DNA of 63,979 nucleotides, filler included, from Basidiobolus ranarum (Eukaryota): NCBI GenBank assembly GCA_040143965.1. It is 4 parts of 4 records of this genome, joined end to end, with 100 filler letters (N's around TTAATTAATTAA, not from the genome) between each part and the next. Parts side by side here need not be neighbours in the genome. Positions count along the whole stretch, not along the records: positions 48,510 to 63,979 come from JASJQH010007252.1; 3 more parts are not named here. One strand, 5' to 3'. Shown piece by piece: positions 62,413 to 63,979 of this stretch (position 1 is its first letter; each line of letters starts with the position of its first letter). The notes under the pieces were generated by a model. It saw only the letters and a program-made list of their open reading frames with translations, ran no database searches and was not told where the DNA came from. The position numbers and the translations under genes were made by a program.

Positions 62413-63589
62413 ATGTCCGTTGTTGCTTCTGTCAATAATTTTACTTTTAATTTTAATAATTCTTGTTCCTCAAACACACTTACCTCCAACACCCCAGTCG
62501 TATCTGTTGTTAACTCTACACTCCCAGTAGCTACCATGACAACCATTGAACCTGCCTTCAACTCATTCTCCCATGTCCATAGTCATTTACCCTCCTCTCA
62601 CCCTTGGCCTTCCTGGCCATCATCAACTACCCCAGTTGATGTCAACTCTGGCACTGTTGATTCAAGTGTAGTAGTCGAAGATAGTTTTGATGTCCTTAAC
62701 TATGCTTCTATGACTACCCCAAAGAAGATAGAACTTGTCCGAGATCTTATTGGTGAGTATTATATTATAGATTTCCGTAAGCAACTTGAGAATTCCCTTC
62801 TAATATTTAATTCATTCATTAGATGTTACTGCTGACATTCTCGGGAACATTTGGGGGAAGAACAGCACTGAGAACAACGTTTTACCATTGAACATTTTTG
62901 TGCAGGAAACAATTAAACGTAGCCAGTCAAGCTATTGTACTTTATTAACTGCGTTACTCTATGTATTTCGAATTAAGGATCAAATTTTAAAATTACGAAA
63001 ATCAACAGTTTTAAAAAGTGACACTTTCGAACGAAAACCAATTGCTGGCAGTGAGAACGATAGCACCACTCCATTCGATGAATCATTTATGGATCGAGTT
63101 TTGTGTGCTAGGCGAATGTTTCTTTCTGCTCTGATTTTGGCATCCAAATTTCTTCAAGATAGAAATTACACTAACGGTGCCTGGGCCAAAACCCTTGGCT
63201 TAAATGTTGCTGACATCAATATAAATGAGAATGTGTTTCTTCGCTTGATCGATTATCGCCTTTTTGTCTCTCTCCCAATATTCACCAATTGGTCCAACAC
63301 GTGCATGAAGTTCGTCCAAACATCAAAAGCCAAACGTAATGCCTCGGTCAAGCCTGCTGGCCAGGCTTTACATGCCCACAAACACAGAATTCATGCTCAT
63401 TCAGGACCATATCCCACCGGCAATCCCACCATCCAACCCCAAGAACTTGCTGCTCTATTACGGCTTAAAGCACAGAAGCATCGTGAGATGTTGAATTCCC
63501 TCACAAACAGTAATTCAGCCCGATTTAAACAGTTTCAAAGCAAACCCAAACATATCTGCCAGCTCCCCTCCCCTTCAGCCTCTCCTTAA
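62413..63589 (+). CDS. Cyclin-like protein (Clg1/Pcl family)
   Basis: Intron 62753-62822 joins the ORFs; FVQETIKRSQSSYCTL..AL.Y, CARRMFLSALILASKFLQDRNYTN.AW. Confidence 0.9.
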
Positions 63590-63979
63590 GTCGGCGACTC
63601 ATCACGAATGGCCTGTTCTTGAGTCCTGGTCGATATCTTGCGCTGCTTCAAACGAATTTATTGACTCACATTCTTGGCTCTAGTTAATGTGTAGACTTCT
63701 ACTTCCCCTTCGCATTTCTTCACCTTGACGCATTAGATATGATCTACTGCATCATTCACTTCATGCTCCTTCACCAACATTTCCCAACGCCCACCTCTAT
63801 GTATTTTTACCACCCCATTCCTATATTCCCGCGCTCACTTGTAGTCGCTTTCACTTCAATTTGGTGTCAATAGCATCAAACAAAAACCATTTAGTGGAGC
63901 ACACGACCTCTCCTGCCCAAAAACCCTCCATTCATCCAGATCTTCCAATTTGCGAAATACATGAAAAAGTGAAAAATAC

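Overview
Eukaryotic, intron-rich fungal DNA. The gene content, ~60-nt GT-AG introns and TTAGGG motifs point to an early-diverging fungus (Zoopagomycota/Mucoromycota-like; inference). The window is four ~16-kb pieces joined by artificial N-TTAATTAATTAA-N linkers (16109-16208, 32270-32369, 48410-48509), so adjacency across the linkers is not evidence. Most of it is ordinary housekeeping genes: RSM7, FYV4, ARC40, TOM5 end, PBS2, a Sec7-PH GEF, MRPL35/mL38, VPS27 end, RPL20 start, a Kv-beta AKR, TVP38, NMA111, 3-hydroxybutyryl-CoA dehydrogenase, a PA-TM-RING ligase and a Clg1/Pcl-type cyclin. The notable part is 47.0-58.6 kb. It holds a decayed Fanzor (eukaryotic TnpB-like RNA-guided nuclease) gene interrupted by a ~350-bp TG...CA repeat, and many copies of that repeat. 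It also holds an AT-rich, intronless island with a giant-virus-type primase motif, and an intronless ACU/Na,K-type P-ATPase with an atypical PDGL motif and a dense CCATTC promoter cluster. The mobile DNA is almost devoid of CpG. Other points of interest are a half-size phytochelatin synthase, an SCFD2-like Sec1 protein, an orphan two-repeat protein and a GlcNAc-transferase-like gene lacking the acidic motif. All family assignments come from motif recognition by eye; no searches were run.
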